From the NCBI GenBank assembly GCA_964036045.1, contig OZ038378.1, positions 53,072,001 to 53,136,000 of the forward strand: a DNA stretch of 64,000 nt, read 5' to 3'. Numbering within the stretch: position 1 is the stretch's first letter; each line of letters starts with the position of its first letter. Shown one piece after another: positions 47,901 to 63,200 of this stretch. The stretch is from Eutreptiella sp. 'Long Island Sound 2002' (lineage: Eukaryota; Protista; Euglenida). The notes beneath the pieces are model-generated. The model did not search any database, was not told the DNA's origin, and saw nothing but the letters and a program-made list of their open reading frames with translations. The translations under genes and the position numbers were made by a program.

Positions 47901-48798
47901 AATACCAGCTCTCACAATAATTTTTCTCATTTAAATTGGTTTGGTCTACGTGAAGCACTAGACCTCCTAAGTGTGCGCGGGCATCCGCCGCAGATTGGTG
48001 CCCCACAATTACCGTTTTATTAAGTAGAAGGTCCATGTAAAGCCCCAAGTATTACATTGCCCCAGAACTCTTTTTGATTGAAATCGACATTGTATTTTTA
48101 GAGCATGCTACCTCCACAATGCGCTTGACTACCCACCCCAAATTATAGCATTAGGGGCCCACTATTTCTTTTTTTCACAAAAAGTCCTTCTATGTAAATG
48201 CCCGAATACGAGCTCTCACCGTAACCTTTTGTCATTGAAACTTGTGCGGTGAACTTAGAGTCGTAGACGTCCAAAGTACGCTTCAGTATCCGCCCTAGAA
48301 AGCGCCCCAAAACCTAGCTTTCCCCAGATCTTTTTTTCATTGTAGTTCGTGTCGCCTTCCTGGATCCTTGGACCTCCACAGTGTGCTAAGTTGTTTGATG
48401 TCTTCAAAAGTGGGGGTCTATGTAGAACCCCAGGTACCAGCTCTCACCATAACTCTTTTTCATTGAAAGTGGTATTGCCTACTTACGACATTCCACCTCC
48501 AAGAGGCGCACCACTATGTGCCCCGGAGAAGCGGCCCACTATTTTCGCTTTCATTGAGTAGGGGTTCTATGCAAAACCCCAATTATTGGCTTTCCGCACA
48601 TCATTTTTTCATTGAAATTGCTGTGGTCTACTGAAGCATAAACCTCCACAATGCGCTTGTCTGCGCTTGTCTACCCCAATACACGGACACCGTGTTTCTC
48701 TCTATGTAAAGCCCGATGTAGCAACTCTCACTAGAAGCTTTTTTCATTGAAATTGTGGTCGTCTAGTTAAATTGGTGGACCCGAAAGTGCGCTCCACC

Positions 48799-49891
48799 CA
48801 GGGGGGGGGGGGGGGCGACATGCAAGTTTTGCACATGGGGGTGTTAACCAAATTTTTGAGCCCCCTCGAAAAAAAGGGTAGTTTGGGGGGTTTTTGCACA
48901 TTTCAAACCTGCCCGCCGAAAAAAGGGACAGTTTTTGTATTGAACAAAAACCAAGGCAAAAAAGCACCGTGTGACCCTCACTGGAATTTATAATTTTTAG
49001 ACCGATGCTTGGCACTGGTCCCAGGGCCACAAAGTCTGCACCCTGCAGCCCCTGCTGTCATACCAGAAATTTTCAATTTTTAGTTTGATGCTTACCACAG
49101 GTCTGAGAGTCCCAATTTCTGCTCCCTGCAGCCCCTACTCTCGTACCAGGGATTTTTCATTTTTAGTCTGATGTGTGGGTGTTGCTCACAAAGTTCTCTT
49201 GTGGCGTCATCCACGGCTAATCCGGGCACGTGCCTGGACAAGCTAGGGTGTTCCCGCCATGCAACAGGGCTTGAGTCATGCAACAAAGTACTTCGGGGAC
49301 GGATTTTTTTTGCAGCAGGTCGGCCTCACGGTTCACACAACCCTTGTTGGCAAATGAGCCCTTTGCAAAGGATATCACCGAGTTGGATGCTCAACACCTC
49401 GGAAGAATGTTGTTGTGTCATGACAAAAACCGAGGACATGTTGTGAAGAGACGAAGACAATGGACATAGGCAAAGACAGAAATTGGGACCCTGGGACCTG
49501 TGGCAAACATCAGACTAAAAATCAAAAATTGATGGCGTGACAGCGCGGGCCGCGGGGTGCAAAATTTGGGACCCTGGGACCTTTGGCAAGCATAAGACTA
49601 AAAATTAAAAATACCCGGGATGACAGCAGGGGCTGCAGAGTGCAGAAATTGGGACTCTGAGACCTCTGGCAAGCATCAGACTAAAAATTAAAAATTGCTG
49701 TGTGACAGCAGGGGCTGCGGGGTGCACCAATTGGGACCCGGGGACCGGTGGCAAGCAGAGAGAAATCAACAAAACTCAAATGTGTGAAACGGGTGTTAAC
49801 CAAATTTTTCAGCCCCTTCGAAAAAGCGGGGTAGTTCGGCCAAACTATACCCTCTGTCGAGAATTAGCATGTCGCCCCCCCCCCCCCCCCG
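48799..49891. mobile_element. Non-autonomous TIR DNA transposon (hAT-like termini), copy 2
   Basis: CA-G15-CGACATGC ... GCATGTCG-C16-G (perfect inner inverted repeat). GCTCCACC is duplicated at 48791-48798 and 49892-49899. Confidence 0.87.
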
Positions 49892-50927
49892 GCTCCACCA
49901 TCTGCCCCTGAAAACGGCCCCACTGTTTTTGTTTTTATGAAGTAGTGCTTGTATATAAAACCACAAGTATTCCCTCGCAACAGGCCGATTTGTGATTGAA
50001 ATTTGTGTGACTAGACCCCCAAAGTGCGCTTCACCGAAATAGGGGCCCACTATTTGCATTTTTCGCAAATAGGGGTTCTACGGGAACCTCCAAATACTAG
50101 CTCTCACCATATCGTTTTGCCGTTGAAATTCGGGCGCACTACTTAAAGTCTTACACTTTCAAAATGTGCTTGACTATCGGCTTGAGAACACAGGCCCACT
50201 ATTTTACGTTTTAACAGGTAGGGCCCGCTTGTACGGTTGCAAAACCCAGACAACACCCAAATTTTTTTCACTCACACTTATGTTTTCTACTTAGATACTT
50301 GGTCCTCCAAAGTGTGTTGTCGTATCCGCGGGAAAATAGGGGCCCGGTTGTTTCATGTCTTTAAAACTGCGGTATCAATATAAAACCTCAAGCACCACAT
50401 GCCTTTTTTCATTGCAATTGGTGTTGCCTACTTAGAGCATCGGACCTCGCCATATGTGTGCCCTCGAAAAGGGGCCCACTGTGTTTGTTTAATTGAGTAG
50501 GGATTTCGATTCAGAACCCAAGAACTAGCTCTCACCATAACTATTTTTCATCGAAATTGGTAGTGCTTCAAAGTGCGCTACACTATGCGCTCCAAAACAC
50601 AGGCCCAGTGTTGCTCTCCACGTAAAGCCCCAAGTAGCCACTCTCACCATAATTTTTTTCATTCAAGTTGGTGATGTCTGCTTAGATGAATGGCCCTCAA
50701 AAGTGCGCTCGGCCAATAGCCCCTGAACAAGGGCCCACTTTTTCCGTTTTCAACAAGTAGGGGTTCTATGTAATTTGCCAATTACCGGCTCACACGCGAC
50801 CCGCTTTTCGTTCAATTTGGTGTGCGCTCAATCTTGGGTCCCACAACAAGGCCATGATTTCCATGTTTAACAACAAGGGCTTGTATGTAAAGTCCCAAGT
50901 ATTCGATGGCCATAACATTTTTTTGTC

Positions 50928-52759
50928 CCCGGAAAGAGGGGCGACTCTGCGGGTCGTAGGACGCCAACTCCCCCCCCCTAGGGGCCTTCGGTCAACAGTT
51001 AGTTGCCAAAGGTGTTGCCCTCAAGCATCCATGGGCGCCTAAGCCCTCCATGCTCCATGAACACCAAAGGTGCCTTAAGGAAGGTTTTGTTCAATTTGCA
51101 CACGAGCACTATCCTTAAAACCAACCTTGAATCACGCCCAACCCCAACCCTCAGCCTACTCCTACCCGAACACCTAATCAAGACTGAATATTGGGACCGA
51201 GCTGGTGGGGGAGGGAACATCACCTATGACTGGTGAGGAACATCAAGAATGATTCACACATTGATGGCTCTTGACAAAGTGAAATCAGCTTGCACGTGAA
51301 CCCCATCACCACGAGGCACACTTTCAAGGCTTTTTGGACTTCACAGGGGCCAAAATGCCCCAAAACGGGCTCAAAATGGGCCCATTTCACCCGTTTGTGC
51401 ACCCCAAATGGTCGAGGATGAGGTTTGAAAAAATGTGTTTTTGACCCATTTTTGACCCATTTTTGGTCCCAAAACAGCCCATTTTCAAGCCATTTTGGGA
51501 TTTTTGGAGGACCAAAATGGGCCACCACAAGCTCAAAACGGTCCAAAAACACTTGTTTTAGCGTCGCACATGGTCTAGGATCATTTTTGAGAAAAGTCAT
51601 CTTTTTGCCCCTACTGGACCCTGTTGACCCATTTGGGCACCCACCTGTTTGGGCTTGAGCTTGCAGCTTGCCGCAGCCTAGTGGGCCTAGGTAGTGGGGT
51701 CTAAGCGTCCATTTGGGCCATTCTGAGGGGTGGAAACCACAAAAAGTGGGGGGTTGCGGGTGCAGTAGGTACCCTAGGAATCACATTTTGAGCCATGTAG
51801 CCAAAGATATGGCCTATTCTTGGTTTTTTCATGTCGGCATTTGGCGCTTTTGGGGGCCTGTTTAGGCCGTTTCCGGGACATATCATGGAATTAGAGGGCC
51901 GCAAAGAGCTCGTGGACACGGGGAAGTCACGCCGCACATGGAGTGTACCCACGATTTCCCTTCGTTTGGCCGTTTTGAATGTGTTCCAAGGCTTTTTTGG
52001 CCCAAAAATGGCTCTTTTTGGCCTTAAACTGCATTTTTTGAAACTGAGGTCCGCCACTTGCGAATCCTCTTCCCGGCCGCCACCGTTGAGTTTCTTGCTC
52101 AAACTTTGTGTGATGGTACTTCACATCCATAGGTATCATCCACCAAAATTTCACCCGAATCCGAAGCACCACGACGGAGTTCTCGTTTTTCCCCATTTCG
52201 CGCGCGCGGCTTGCTTGCTTGCTGCTTGCTGCTAAACCTGGTAGGTCCACCCTAGACACTAAAAAGGGTTATAAAACCAAGACTGGTTCCACCAGCTCGG
52301 TGACCCTCACCGTAACCCTAGCCCTAACCCTAGCCCTAGCTCTCACCCTAGGCTAGGGTCCGAGTGAGTGTTGGGGTCCAAAATGGAGAGCAATCATGTG
52401 GCAAAAGCAGCCATAAACAAAAATTGGGGGACCTTGTTCAGTTCAATTAACATGGGTGGCATGGCCAAACCAGGTTGCTGCAAAGGTTAGGGTTAGGTTT
52501 ATGGTGGTGGTATGTTTAGAGGGAGGGCAAGGGCAGGTAAGGTCAGCTTGTGCCCCCTCTCCCACCTGGTACCCCACCACAACCACCACCCCGGATTGCC
52601 CCACTTGCCCCCCCCCCCCCGCGCCCCCCCCCCCCCCCAGCCGACTCTCCCCCCCATTCGCCCCTCCCTGAACCCCCCCCCACCTCTCCCACAGGGCCTG
52701 CGGCCAACAATTAGTCCGGGGGGTAGTTGTGCCCCCCCCCCCCCCCCCCCCCCAAGTGA
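50928..52759. mobile_element. Composite insertion in the satellite, copy 2
   Basis: Paralog of 19644-21490, flanked by TTTTGTC (50921-50927, 52760-52766). Confidence 0.75.
51196..52301. mobile_element. Nested TIR element, copy 2
   Basis: ACCGAGCTGGTGG (51196-51208) and CCACCAGCTCGGT (52289-52301). About 29 bp shorter than copy 1, mainly from a shorter GCTT/GCT tract. Confidence 0.7.
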
Positions 52760-55700
52760 TTTTGTCATTGAAATTTAGTGTTGACGACTTGGGGCAGTAG
52801 ACCTTCAAAGTGCCCTATTTCCCCTTCCAAAAACAATGCCCCGTGGTTTTTTGCTTTAAAAGTAGTGGTTGCATGCAAAGCCCCAAATACCAGCTCTCAC
52901 TGTGACCTCTTCTCGTCGCACTTCGTGTTGTCCACTTAAAGCACGGGACCTCTAAAGTGCACTTGACCATCCACCCCAGAACAAGGCCAACTATTTCGGT
53001 TTTTAAACAATAGGGGTTCTATGTAAAGCCCCAAGTACTCGCTCTCACCAAAACTCTTTTTCATTGATATTGGTGTTGTCTAGTTAGAGCGACGGACCTC
53101 TAAAGTGCGCTCCAACAGGGGCCAAACAAAAGAGCCCACTATTTTGACTTTTGACTAGGAGAGGTGGTATGTCAAGCCCCAAGTACCCTGTCACCATCAC
53201 TCTTTTTAATGAAAATTCGTGTTGTCTAGTTAGACCATTGAACCTCCAAAAGGCACTCCAGTATGCGCCCCGGAGAACGACCCCACAAATTTCATTTTTA
53301 GCATGCAGGGGTTCTATGCAAGGCTCCAAGAAAACGGGCCGACTAGACCTCCAAAATGCGCTCCGCTGTCGGCCCCAAGATGGGGCCCATTGTTTCATGC
53401 TTTTGAGAAGTAGGGGTTCTGTCTAAAGCCCCAAGAAACAGCTCTCAACGATGCCTTGTTTCATAGAAATTGGAGTTGTCTCCTGAGTCTACTAGGCCTC
53501 CAAAGTGCGCTAGACCCAAAAAGGGGGCCCACTTTTTCCGTTTTTGACATGTAGGGGTTCTATGTAAAGCCCCCCGTACTACCTCGCAGCACAACACTTT
53601 TTGATCCAAACTCGTGTTGTGAATGTAGAGCATGGGACCTCCAAGGTGCGCTCGACTACCCGCCCCAAAGCAGGGGCCCGGTTTTTTAATTCTGAACAAA
53701 TAGTGGTTCCATGTAAATACCCAAGTGCCAAGTCTCACCGTAACTCTTTGTCATTGGAATTCATGCAGTGAAGTTAGAGTTTTAGACGTCCAAAGTGCGC
53801 TTGACTATCCGCTCTAGAACAAGACCCCAATATTACACTTGTTAACAACTAGGGCTTCCATGTAAAGCTCCAAAACCTACTCGTCAACTCAACTTGTCGT
53901 GTTGTCCGCCACGATCACAAGACACCCAGAGTGTGCTTTACCATTAGCGCCAAAATAGGGGCCCACTTGTTTCATGTCTCCAAAAGTGGGGGTGCAAGGT
54001 AGAGCCCCAAGTACCAGCTCTCGCCATAAACTTTTTTTCACAGAAGTGGGTGTTGGCTACTTAGAAAGTTGGACCACCCAAATGCGCTCCACTATGCGCC
54101 CGTGAAAAGAGGCCCATTGTTTTTGCTTTTATTCAATCGGGGTGCTATGTAAAACCCCCATTCATAATTCTCAAAACCTCCTTTTCATTGAACTTAGTGT
54201 GCTCTAGTGAGAGCACCGGAGTTTCACATAGCGCTTCAAATTGCGCTCCACTATCAGCCTCAATACCGACACGCACTGCTTATTTTTTTTACATGTAGGG
54301 GTTCTACGTACAGCTCCAAGTACGAATTTTCACCGTGACTATCTATCATTGAAATTCATATTGTCAGCTTAGAGCACTAGAGCTCCAAAGCAGGTTGGAC
54401 TAGCTGCCCTAGAACCGGAGCCTACCAAAAAGGGGGCCCATTGTTTGCTAGTTTAACAAGTCGGGGTTCAATCCAAAACTCCAAGTACTACCTCCGCCCA
54501 CGGCTTTTGTTCATTGGTGGTGTCTACTTAGAGCACTAGGCATCCACACTGCGCTCAACTGTCCGCTTCACAACACGGGCCCAATGATTCCGTTTTCAAC
54601 AAGTAGGGGTGCTACGTAAGACCCCAAGAAGTAGATGTCACCGCAACCGTTTTTCATTTCAATCGTGTTGTCTTTTTGGAACAAAAAATGTCCAAAGCAA
54701 GGTCAACCATCCGCCCAAAAATAGGGGCGCACTCTTTCATGAGGGATGCAAGAGGGGTTCTTTGTAAAGCCCTATATAATAACTCTCTCCATAGCTATCA
54801 TTTTCGCTAGACCACCAACAAAAGCTCAACTACCCACCCAAAAGACACTCAACCATCCACCCCAAAACAATGGTCCACTGTTTCGGTTTTCATTTGGTGG
54901 GTGTCCTATGTAAAGCCCCAAGTGCTAGTTATGTCATTGAACTTGGTGTTGTCTACTTGGAGAACGCCTCCAAAGTGCGCTAAACCATCCGTCCTAAATA
55001 GGGGCCCACTTATTTGGTGCTTTTAGCACTGGGGTTTCTATGTAACTTCCCAAGTACTCACTTTCACCATAACCTTTATTCATTTGAAATCAACGTTGCC
55101 TATTTGGAGCACTGTACCCCCTAATTGTGCTCCACGGTGCGCCTCGGAAAAGGGGCTGACTATTTTTGTCTTTATGAAGGAGGCGTTCTTTAAAAAAAAA
55201 ACCAAGTACTAAACTCCAACGATACCTATTTTGCGTTGAAATTGGTATGGTCTACTTACAGCACTAGAGCTCCAAACTGCCCTCCCCTACCCCGAAACGC
55301 CCGCCAATTGTTTCTCTCTACGTTAAGCCCCAAGTAGCAACCCTTTTTGGATTGAATTTGGTGTTGTGCAGTTCGAGTAGTGGACCCGAAGAGTGCCGTT
55401 AACCATCCACCCTGAAGAACGGTCCCAGTATTTGGGTTTCAACAAAGAGGAATTCTATGTAAAGCCCCAAGTACCGGCTCTCAGCGGCACTTTTTTTGAA
55501 TGAAATTGGTATTGTCTACTTAGAGCACCTAACCGCCAAAGTGCGCTTGACTATCCGCCTCTGCACAAGGGCCCATTGTTTTATGTTTTCGGCGGTAGGG
55601 CTTGTATGCAAAGTCCCAAACACCAGCTCGCGCCAATGCCATGTTTTCATTGAAATTGGTGTTGTCTACTTAGAGGCACAGACCCCCAAACTGCGCCTCC

Positions 55701-58700
55701 TTGTCCGCCGTAACGAAAATACCAAGCCGCAGCTACCCTCTCATCAAAATTTTTTGTAATCGAATTCACTGTCGTCTAGTTGGAGCACTGGACCTCAAAA
55801 AGGTACTCCACTATGCGCCCCACAAAACGCGCGCACTTTTTTCATTGTTCAGAAGTAGGTGTTCTGTGTAAAGCCCATAGTGCTAGCTGTCACCGTAACC
55901 TTTTTTCATTGAAAGTGGTGTTGTCTATGTAAAGCACTAGACCTCCAAAGTGCGCTCCACTATCGGCCGCAAAACACGGGCTCATTGTTCCAAGCTTTTT
56001 AAACAATAGGGGTTCTATGTGAAGCCCCAAATACCAGCTCTCACAATAAATTTTCTCATTTAAATTGGTTTGGTCTAGGTAGAGCACTACACCTCCTAAG
56101 TGTGCTCGGGCATCCGCCGCAGATTGGTGCCCCACAATTGCCGTTTTAAGCAAGTAGGAGTTCTATGTATAGCCCCTAGTATTACCTCGCACCGGGACCT
56201 ATTTTGATTGAAATTGGTGTTGTCCGCTTAATTGGACCTCCATAGTGCGCTTCACTACCCGCCCCAAGACACGGGCACACTTTTCCCATTTTCACAAATA
56301 GGGGTTCTAGCTCGCCACGGTATCATTTTGTCATTGAAATTCATGCGGTGAATTCACAATCTTAGACGTTCAAAGTACGCTTCACTATCCCCCTTTGAAA
56401 ACAGGCCAACTATTTTATTTTTTAACACGTGAAGCCTCCTTGTACGGTCCCAAACCCCAGCTGTCAATCGAATTTTTTTGCATTGAAATTTGTTTTGGCT
56501 ACTTACATCACTAGGCGTCGGAAGCGTGTTGTAGTACCCGCGGGAACATAGGGACCCACCTGCTTCATATTTTCACAAGTGGGGTATCCATGTAAAGCCT
56601 CAGGCACCACAACCCTTTTTTCATTGCAATTGGTGACGTGTACTTAGAGTAGTGGACCTCCAAAATGCGCTCCACTATGCGCCCCGGAAAAGGGCCCACT
56701 ATTTTCGTTTTTATAAAGTAGGCGCTTGATCTAAAACCCCAAGAACTAGGTCTCACGAGAACTATTTTTCATTGAAATTGGTGTGGTCTACTTAGAGCAT
56801 TCTAGCTTCGAAGTGCCCTCCACTATCCGCCCAAAAACACGGGCCTGATGTTTCTCTCTAAGTAAAGCCCCAAGTAGCAACTGTCACCATAATTTTTTTC
56901 ATTGAAATGGGTGTTGTCTAAATGGATCAGTGCACCTCAAAAGTGCGCTCGACCATCCGCCCCAGATCGGGAGCCCACTCTTTCCGTTTTTAACAAGTAG
57001 GGGCTCTACGTAAAGTACTCATCGGAACCTTTTTTCATTGAAATTAATGTGTGCCCACCTATGGCCGCAGAAACAAGGCCCACTATTTCCATGTTTAACA
57101 AGTAAGGGTTCTATGTAAAGTTCCTTGTACTAGCTCAGCATAACATTTTGTCATTGAAATTTGGTCTTGTCTATTTAGCGCACTAGACTTCCAAAGTGCG
57201 CTCCATTCCCGCCCCAAAAAAAGGCCCCATGGTTTCCTGCTTTAAAAGTAGTGCTTGTACGCAAAGCTCCAAATACCAGCTCTCACTAGGACCTTTTCTC
57301 CTTGCAATTCGTGTTGTCGATTTAGAGCACTTGGGCTCCAACGTGCACTTGACCATCCACCCCAGAACAAGGCCAACTATTTCGGTTTTTAAACAATAGG
57401 GGTTCTATGTAAAGCCCCAAGTACTAGCTCTCACCAAAACCCTTTTTCATTGATATTGGTGTTGTCTAGTTAGAGCAACGGACCTCTAAAGTGCGCTCCA
57501 ACAGGGGCCAAACAAAAAGGCCCACTATTTTGACTTTTGACTAGGAGAGGTGGTATGTCAAGCCCCAAGTACCCGGTCACCATCAATCTTTTTAATGGAA
57601 ATTCGTGTTGTCTAGTTAGAGCATTAAACCTCCAAAAGGCAATCCAGTATGCGCCCCAGAGAACGACCCCACAAATTTCATTTTTAGCATGCAGAGCTTC
57701 TATGCAAAGCCCCGGGAACAGCTCTCACCAAAACCTTTTTTCATTGAAATTGGTGTTGCCTACTTCAAGCACTAGACATCCAAAGTACACTCCACTCTCG
57801 GCTCCAAAATGGGGCCGCATCGTTTGATGCTTTTGATAAGTAGGGGCGTGGTGTACAGCCCCAAGTACCAAGTCTCACCAGAGCCTTGTTTTATTGGAAT
57901 TGGTGTTGTCTACTCGGAGCACTAGACCTCCAAGGTGCGCTCGGGCCTAGACGGGGGGTCCACTATTTCCATTTCTTCGCAAGATGGGGTTCCATGTAAA
58001 GCCCCAAGTACTACCTGCCACCACAACGCTTTTTGATTGACTGGTGTTGTCCACTAAGGGCTTTGGACCTCCAAAGTCTGCTCCACTATCCGCCCCAAAG
58101 CAACGGCCCACTTTTTCCATCCTAACAAATGGTGGTTCTATGCACACACCTGAGTACCAGCTCTCACCGTAACTCTTTGTCATTGAAATTTATGCAGTCA
58201 ACTTAGAGTCTTAGGCGTCCAAAGTGCTCTTGACTATCGACCCTAGATACTTATTAACAAGTAGGGCTTCCATGTAAAGCCCCAAAACCTAGCTATGAGC
58301 CAAATTGTTTTTCATTATGTTGTCCACCTAGATCATTGGATCTCCAAAGTGTGCTCTACTATTCGCGTCAAAAAAGGGGCCCACTTGTTTGATGTCTTCA
58401 AAAGTGGGGGTTCTATGTAGAGCCCCAACCAGCTCTCACTGTAACTTTTTTTCATTGCAATTGGTGTTCCTTACTTACATAATCGAACCTCTAAAATGTG
58501 ATCCAATGTGTGCCTGGGGAAAGAAGCCCGGTATTTGGTTTTTATTAGGTAGGGGTTCTATCTTCAACCCCAATCACTAGCTCGCAGCACAACTCCCTTT
58601 CATTGAAATTGGTGTGGTATAGTGAGAGCACTAGAGCTTCAAAGTGCCCTCCACTATCCGCCCCAAAACACGGGCCCATTGTGTGTGTGTTTCTCTCTAA

Positions 58701-59345
58701 GTAGAGCCCCAAGTAGCAACTGTCGCCAAGTTTTTTTCATTGAAATTGGTGTTGTCTAAATGGATCAGTGCACCTCAAAAATGCGCTCGACGATCCGCCT
58801 GTGATCAGGGGCCCATTCCTTCCGTTTTCAACAAATAGGGGTTCTATGTGAAGTGCCAAGTACCAGCTCTCGCCGGCAATTCTTTTCAATGACATTGGTG
58901 TGTACTCCACAATGGGCCCTAGAACAAGGCCCACTGTTTCCATGTTTAACAAGCAAGGGTTCTATGTAAAGCCCTAGGTACTAGTTAACCATAACATTTT
59001 GTCATTGAAAATTGGTGTTGTCTATTTAGTGCACTAGGCCTTCAAAGTGCGCTCTATTCCCGACCCCAAAAAAGGCCCCATGGTTTCCTGCTTTAAAAGT
59101 GGTGCTTGTATGCAAAGCCCCAAATACCAGCTCTCACTAGGACCTTTTCTCCTTGCAATTCGTGTTGTCGATTCAGAGCACTTGGGCTCCAACGTGCACT
59201 TGACCATCCACCCCAGAACAAGGCCAACTATTTCGGTTTTTAAACAATAGGGGTTCTATGTAAAGCCCCATGTACTAGCTCTCAACAAAACGGACCTCTA
59301 AAGTGCGCTCCCACAGGGGCCAAACAAAAGTCCCACTATTCTGAC

Positions 59346-60226
59346 GGTGTACACATATATTGTGCACATCTTCCGTGACTTTGCACAAGAAGGTTCCACT
59401 ACAACCCTATTCTTCTTCTGTAGAAACTTTTGGTAGCTCATGCTTTACACCTTCACTAATAGTGACATCTTGCCTAGTACTATTCACAAGGGCGTATCTT
59501 TTTGCAACCAAGGAACCCTGCTCTGTTGCCTCATCGGAATAGAGCATTTTGGTCCGAGGGTTAAACCACATGTGGTACCAACCGTGCATATAGAAGATCC
59601 CGACAGCCAAAATTTGGGCCCCAGTCCATGGCAACGTTGTTTTGGAGGCTTGTGTAGTTGCTGCCAATGCAGTTGGAAGATAGTTTTCCAACGCTTGTTG
59701 CAGCACTTGATGAGTTCTCAAGAAGCGGGCTGTTGTACTTTATATATGCACTTAGCCACCGAAACCCCAAATTCACTTTTCAATGTACAGAGGCTGAAAG
59801 TGATGTGGTTTGTGTGGCTGGGGCCCGTGCCTCAAAGCGCGGTGTACGGTAATGGGGACCACTTGAGGTGTAAGCCATCGGTGGCCCGCCCACAGTGGGT
59901 TTGGGGGGGGCGGTCCAAATTGAAATCTTGTGCTGCAAGGCGTAAAGCTCTGAAGGACAAGGGAAAGGGGCAGGGGAATTCTGATTTAGGGTGTATCCCC
60001 CAACTAGGGGTTTCTCACCCAGCTTCCGTTGGTATTGTACATGCTTCGGAGGCCGAGGAGAGTGTTGCCTCTTTTCAGGGTCCAGGGGCGTTGAGTGAGC
60101 AACAACATCTTTAACTGATGAGGCAAGCAAAGCTGTTGTGGACACCCGTTGTTGATAGCGACATAGAGCATCAACTTGTATTTCTGCTTGGCAGCAGCAG
60201 CAGCAGCAGAAGCTGTAGCTGCAGCA
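59346..60226 (-). pseudogene. Non-LTR RT fragment, copy 2
   Basis: Near-identical to 41078-41957 (about 3 substitutions in the first 120 bp by eye). Confidence 0.7.
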
Positions 60227-63200
60227 GTAGTGATTTCTATGTAAAGCACCTAGTAATACCTCGAAGCACAACTTTTTTTCATTAAATTTGGTCTTGTCTA
60301 CTTAGAGGAGTACACCTCAAGAGTGTGCATGATTATCCACGCCGTGACACGGTTCTCTTACTTTCGTTTTCAAGAGGAGGGGTTCTATGTATAGTCCCAA
60401 AGTTGTGTTCATTTATATTGGTGTTAGCTACTTGGAGCACTAGACTTGCAAAGTGAGCTCGATTATGCGCCCCCGACAAACGGTTCGGTCCTACACTTTT
60501 CAATGAAGAGCCCCGAGCATTACCTCACAACAACATTCTATTTTGAAGGACACTTTGTCTACTAGACCTCAAAAGTGCACTGGACTATCAGCCACATAAC
60601 AGGGGCTTGCTTTTTGAGATTTTAACAAACAGGGATTCTAAGTAAAGCCCCAAATACTACCTCTCATTACATTACATTCATCAGTGCTGTCGACTTCGAG
60701 CACTACACCTCCAAGCTGCGGTTGACTATTCGCCACATAACAAGAGCCTCCCATTTCAAATTTCAACAACTAAGGGTGCTATTCAACGCCCCAAATACTA
60801 CCTAGCACCAAGACTTTTTCTGATCAATATTGGTGTTGGTTGTTTAGGGCACCAAGTTTGCAAAGTGCGCTCAAGTACCCGTCCCATAAAAGGGCCTAAT
60901 GTTTCAGTGTTAAACAAATAGGGAATCCGCGTAAGACCCCAAGTACTACCTGGCGCGTGAAAAATTCTTTGTAAGCGCAAAAATAACCACCTCTCACGAA
61001 AGCGTTTTTTCGCTGAAAATTGGTGTCGTCTACTTAGAGCGATGGACGCTCTATTAGCTGCCACAGAAGAGGGGCCCATTGTTGCATCTGTCAACAAGTA
61101 GGAGTTCTATGCAAAACACCAAGTATTACCTTGCAGCAGAGCCTTTTCCAATTGAAATTCGTGTTGTCTACTTACAGCAGTAGACCTCCAAAGTGCTCTC
61201 GATTATCGGCATCCCAAGAGGGGCCCGCTGTTTCAGTTTTTGACAAAGACAAGAATTTCCTTGCAAAACCCCAACCAATACAACGGCACGAGAGACGTGG
61301 TTTTCATTGAAATTGGTGTGTTTATTTAGAGCACTAGACCTTCAAAGAGCACTAGACTATGCACCCCATAACAGGGGGTTATCATTTCACTTCTTGAGAA
61401 AAAGGGGTCCAACATACTACCTCGGACCAAAAGATTGTCTATTAATACTACTGTTGTCTACTCAGAGGTGTGAACCAATAAAGTGCGCTCGATTATCGCC
61501 CCCAAAAGAGGGGGCATGTGTTTCAAAATTTTCACAAATAGGGATTCTATGTAAAACCCCAAGTATTACCTCGCACGAGAACCTTTTTTACTTTGAATTG
61601 GTGTTGCCTACATGGAGCACTAGACCTCCAAAGTGCGCACAACTTTTTACCCCATAACAGGGGCCCACGGTTCTTCTATGTAAAGCCCCAATTCTCTCAC
61701 TAGAGCATTTTTGCGTTGATTATCCGCCATGGAACAAGGACCCATTAATTCATCCCTGAACAAGTAGGAGCTCTGCGTAAAGCATGAAGCACTACCTCGC
61801 ATCACCGCCTTTTTTCATTCACATTCTCGTTGTCCACTCAGAGCATTTCACGTCCAAAATGTGCTCCACCATCAGCCCCAGAACGAAGCCCATTGTATTG
61901 TTCTTTAACAATTAGGATTTCTTTGTAAACCCCCAAGCATTACCTCGCACAAGAACTTTTTTCATTGAAAATGGTGTTGTTTCATTAGAGCACTAGACCA
62001 CCAAAGTGCACTCCAGTACCAGCTCCATAACACGCACGTGCTGTTTTAGCGTTTAACGAATAGGGTTTTCATGTAAATCCCCAAGTGCGAACTCTAACCA
62101 TAACTTTCTTTCATTGAAATTGGTGCTGTCTACTTCGAATACTGATCTTGCAAAGGGCAGTCACCTATCCTCCCTACAAGAGGGACCCATTGTTTTATGT
62201 TTTATAACGTAGGACCTTGAGGTAAGACCCTATCTCACACATAAACCTTTTTTTAATTGAAATTCATGTTGTCTACATGAAGCATTGGACTTCCAAATTG
62301 CGCTCGACTATCCACCCTAGAACACCGGTCCAACCTTTCAGCTTCTGACGAATAGGGGTCCTATGTAAAGCGCCGGCTGCTACCTCGCTCCGCAACCCTT
62401 TTTCATTTGTTTCATTAAACTAGGTGTTGTCTACTTATAGCAAGAGTCCTTCCAACGGGGCTGGACTATCTGCCCGGGAACAAGGTTACACTGCTAGTAG
62501 GGCCTCAATGTAAAGCCCCAAGTACTACCTCCCACCAAAGGATGCTTTCAATAAAATTGCAGTTATCTCCTTACAGCACTGGACCTCCAAATTGCACTTG
62601 ATTACCCAGCCCGGATGAGGGACCCACTGCTTTTAGGCTTCACCAGGGTGGCATTCGATGTAAAGCCCCAAATACTAGCTCTCACGACAGCCATTTTTCT
62701 CCGATATTGGTGTTGTCTAATTAGGGCAATGGATCTCGGAAGAGTGCTTGAGCATCCGGCCCATAACCTGGCCGTGCCATTTCGCTGTTTCACAAGCAAC
62801 GATTCTATGTAAAGCCCCAAGAAGTACCACGCAAAAGAAAATTTTTGCATTGAAATTGATGTTGTCTATTCAGAGCATTATACCTCAAAGCTGCGCTCCA
62901 TTGTCCAATCAATGATAGGGGCGTGATGTTTCAAATTTTAACACATAGGGGTTCTATGTATAATCTCAACTACTACCACTTCACACCGGAACCTTCATTG
63001 GTGTTCTCTACTTAAAGCTACGCACCTCCAAGTAGCTCGAGTATCCATCCCAACAAAGGGGCCCATTGTTTCACCTTTTCATCAATAGGAATTCTATGTA
63101 AAGCCCTCAATATTACCTCGCACCACAAGGTTTTTTCATTGACATTGGTGTTGTCTACTTAGAAGGCGGGAGCTTGAAACGGCGCTTGATTATGCGCCTA

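Noticed and set aside
12518-62850. The many 60-130 aa ORFs within the satellite and its insertions as real genes
   Set aside because: They recur at the repeat periods, open and close with single indels, often use non-ATG starts and show no recognisable domains.
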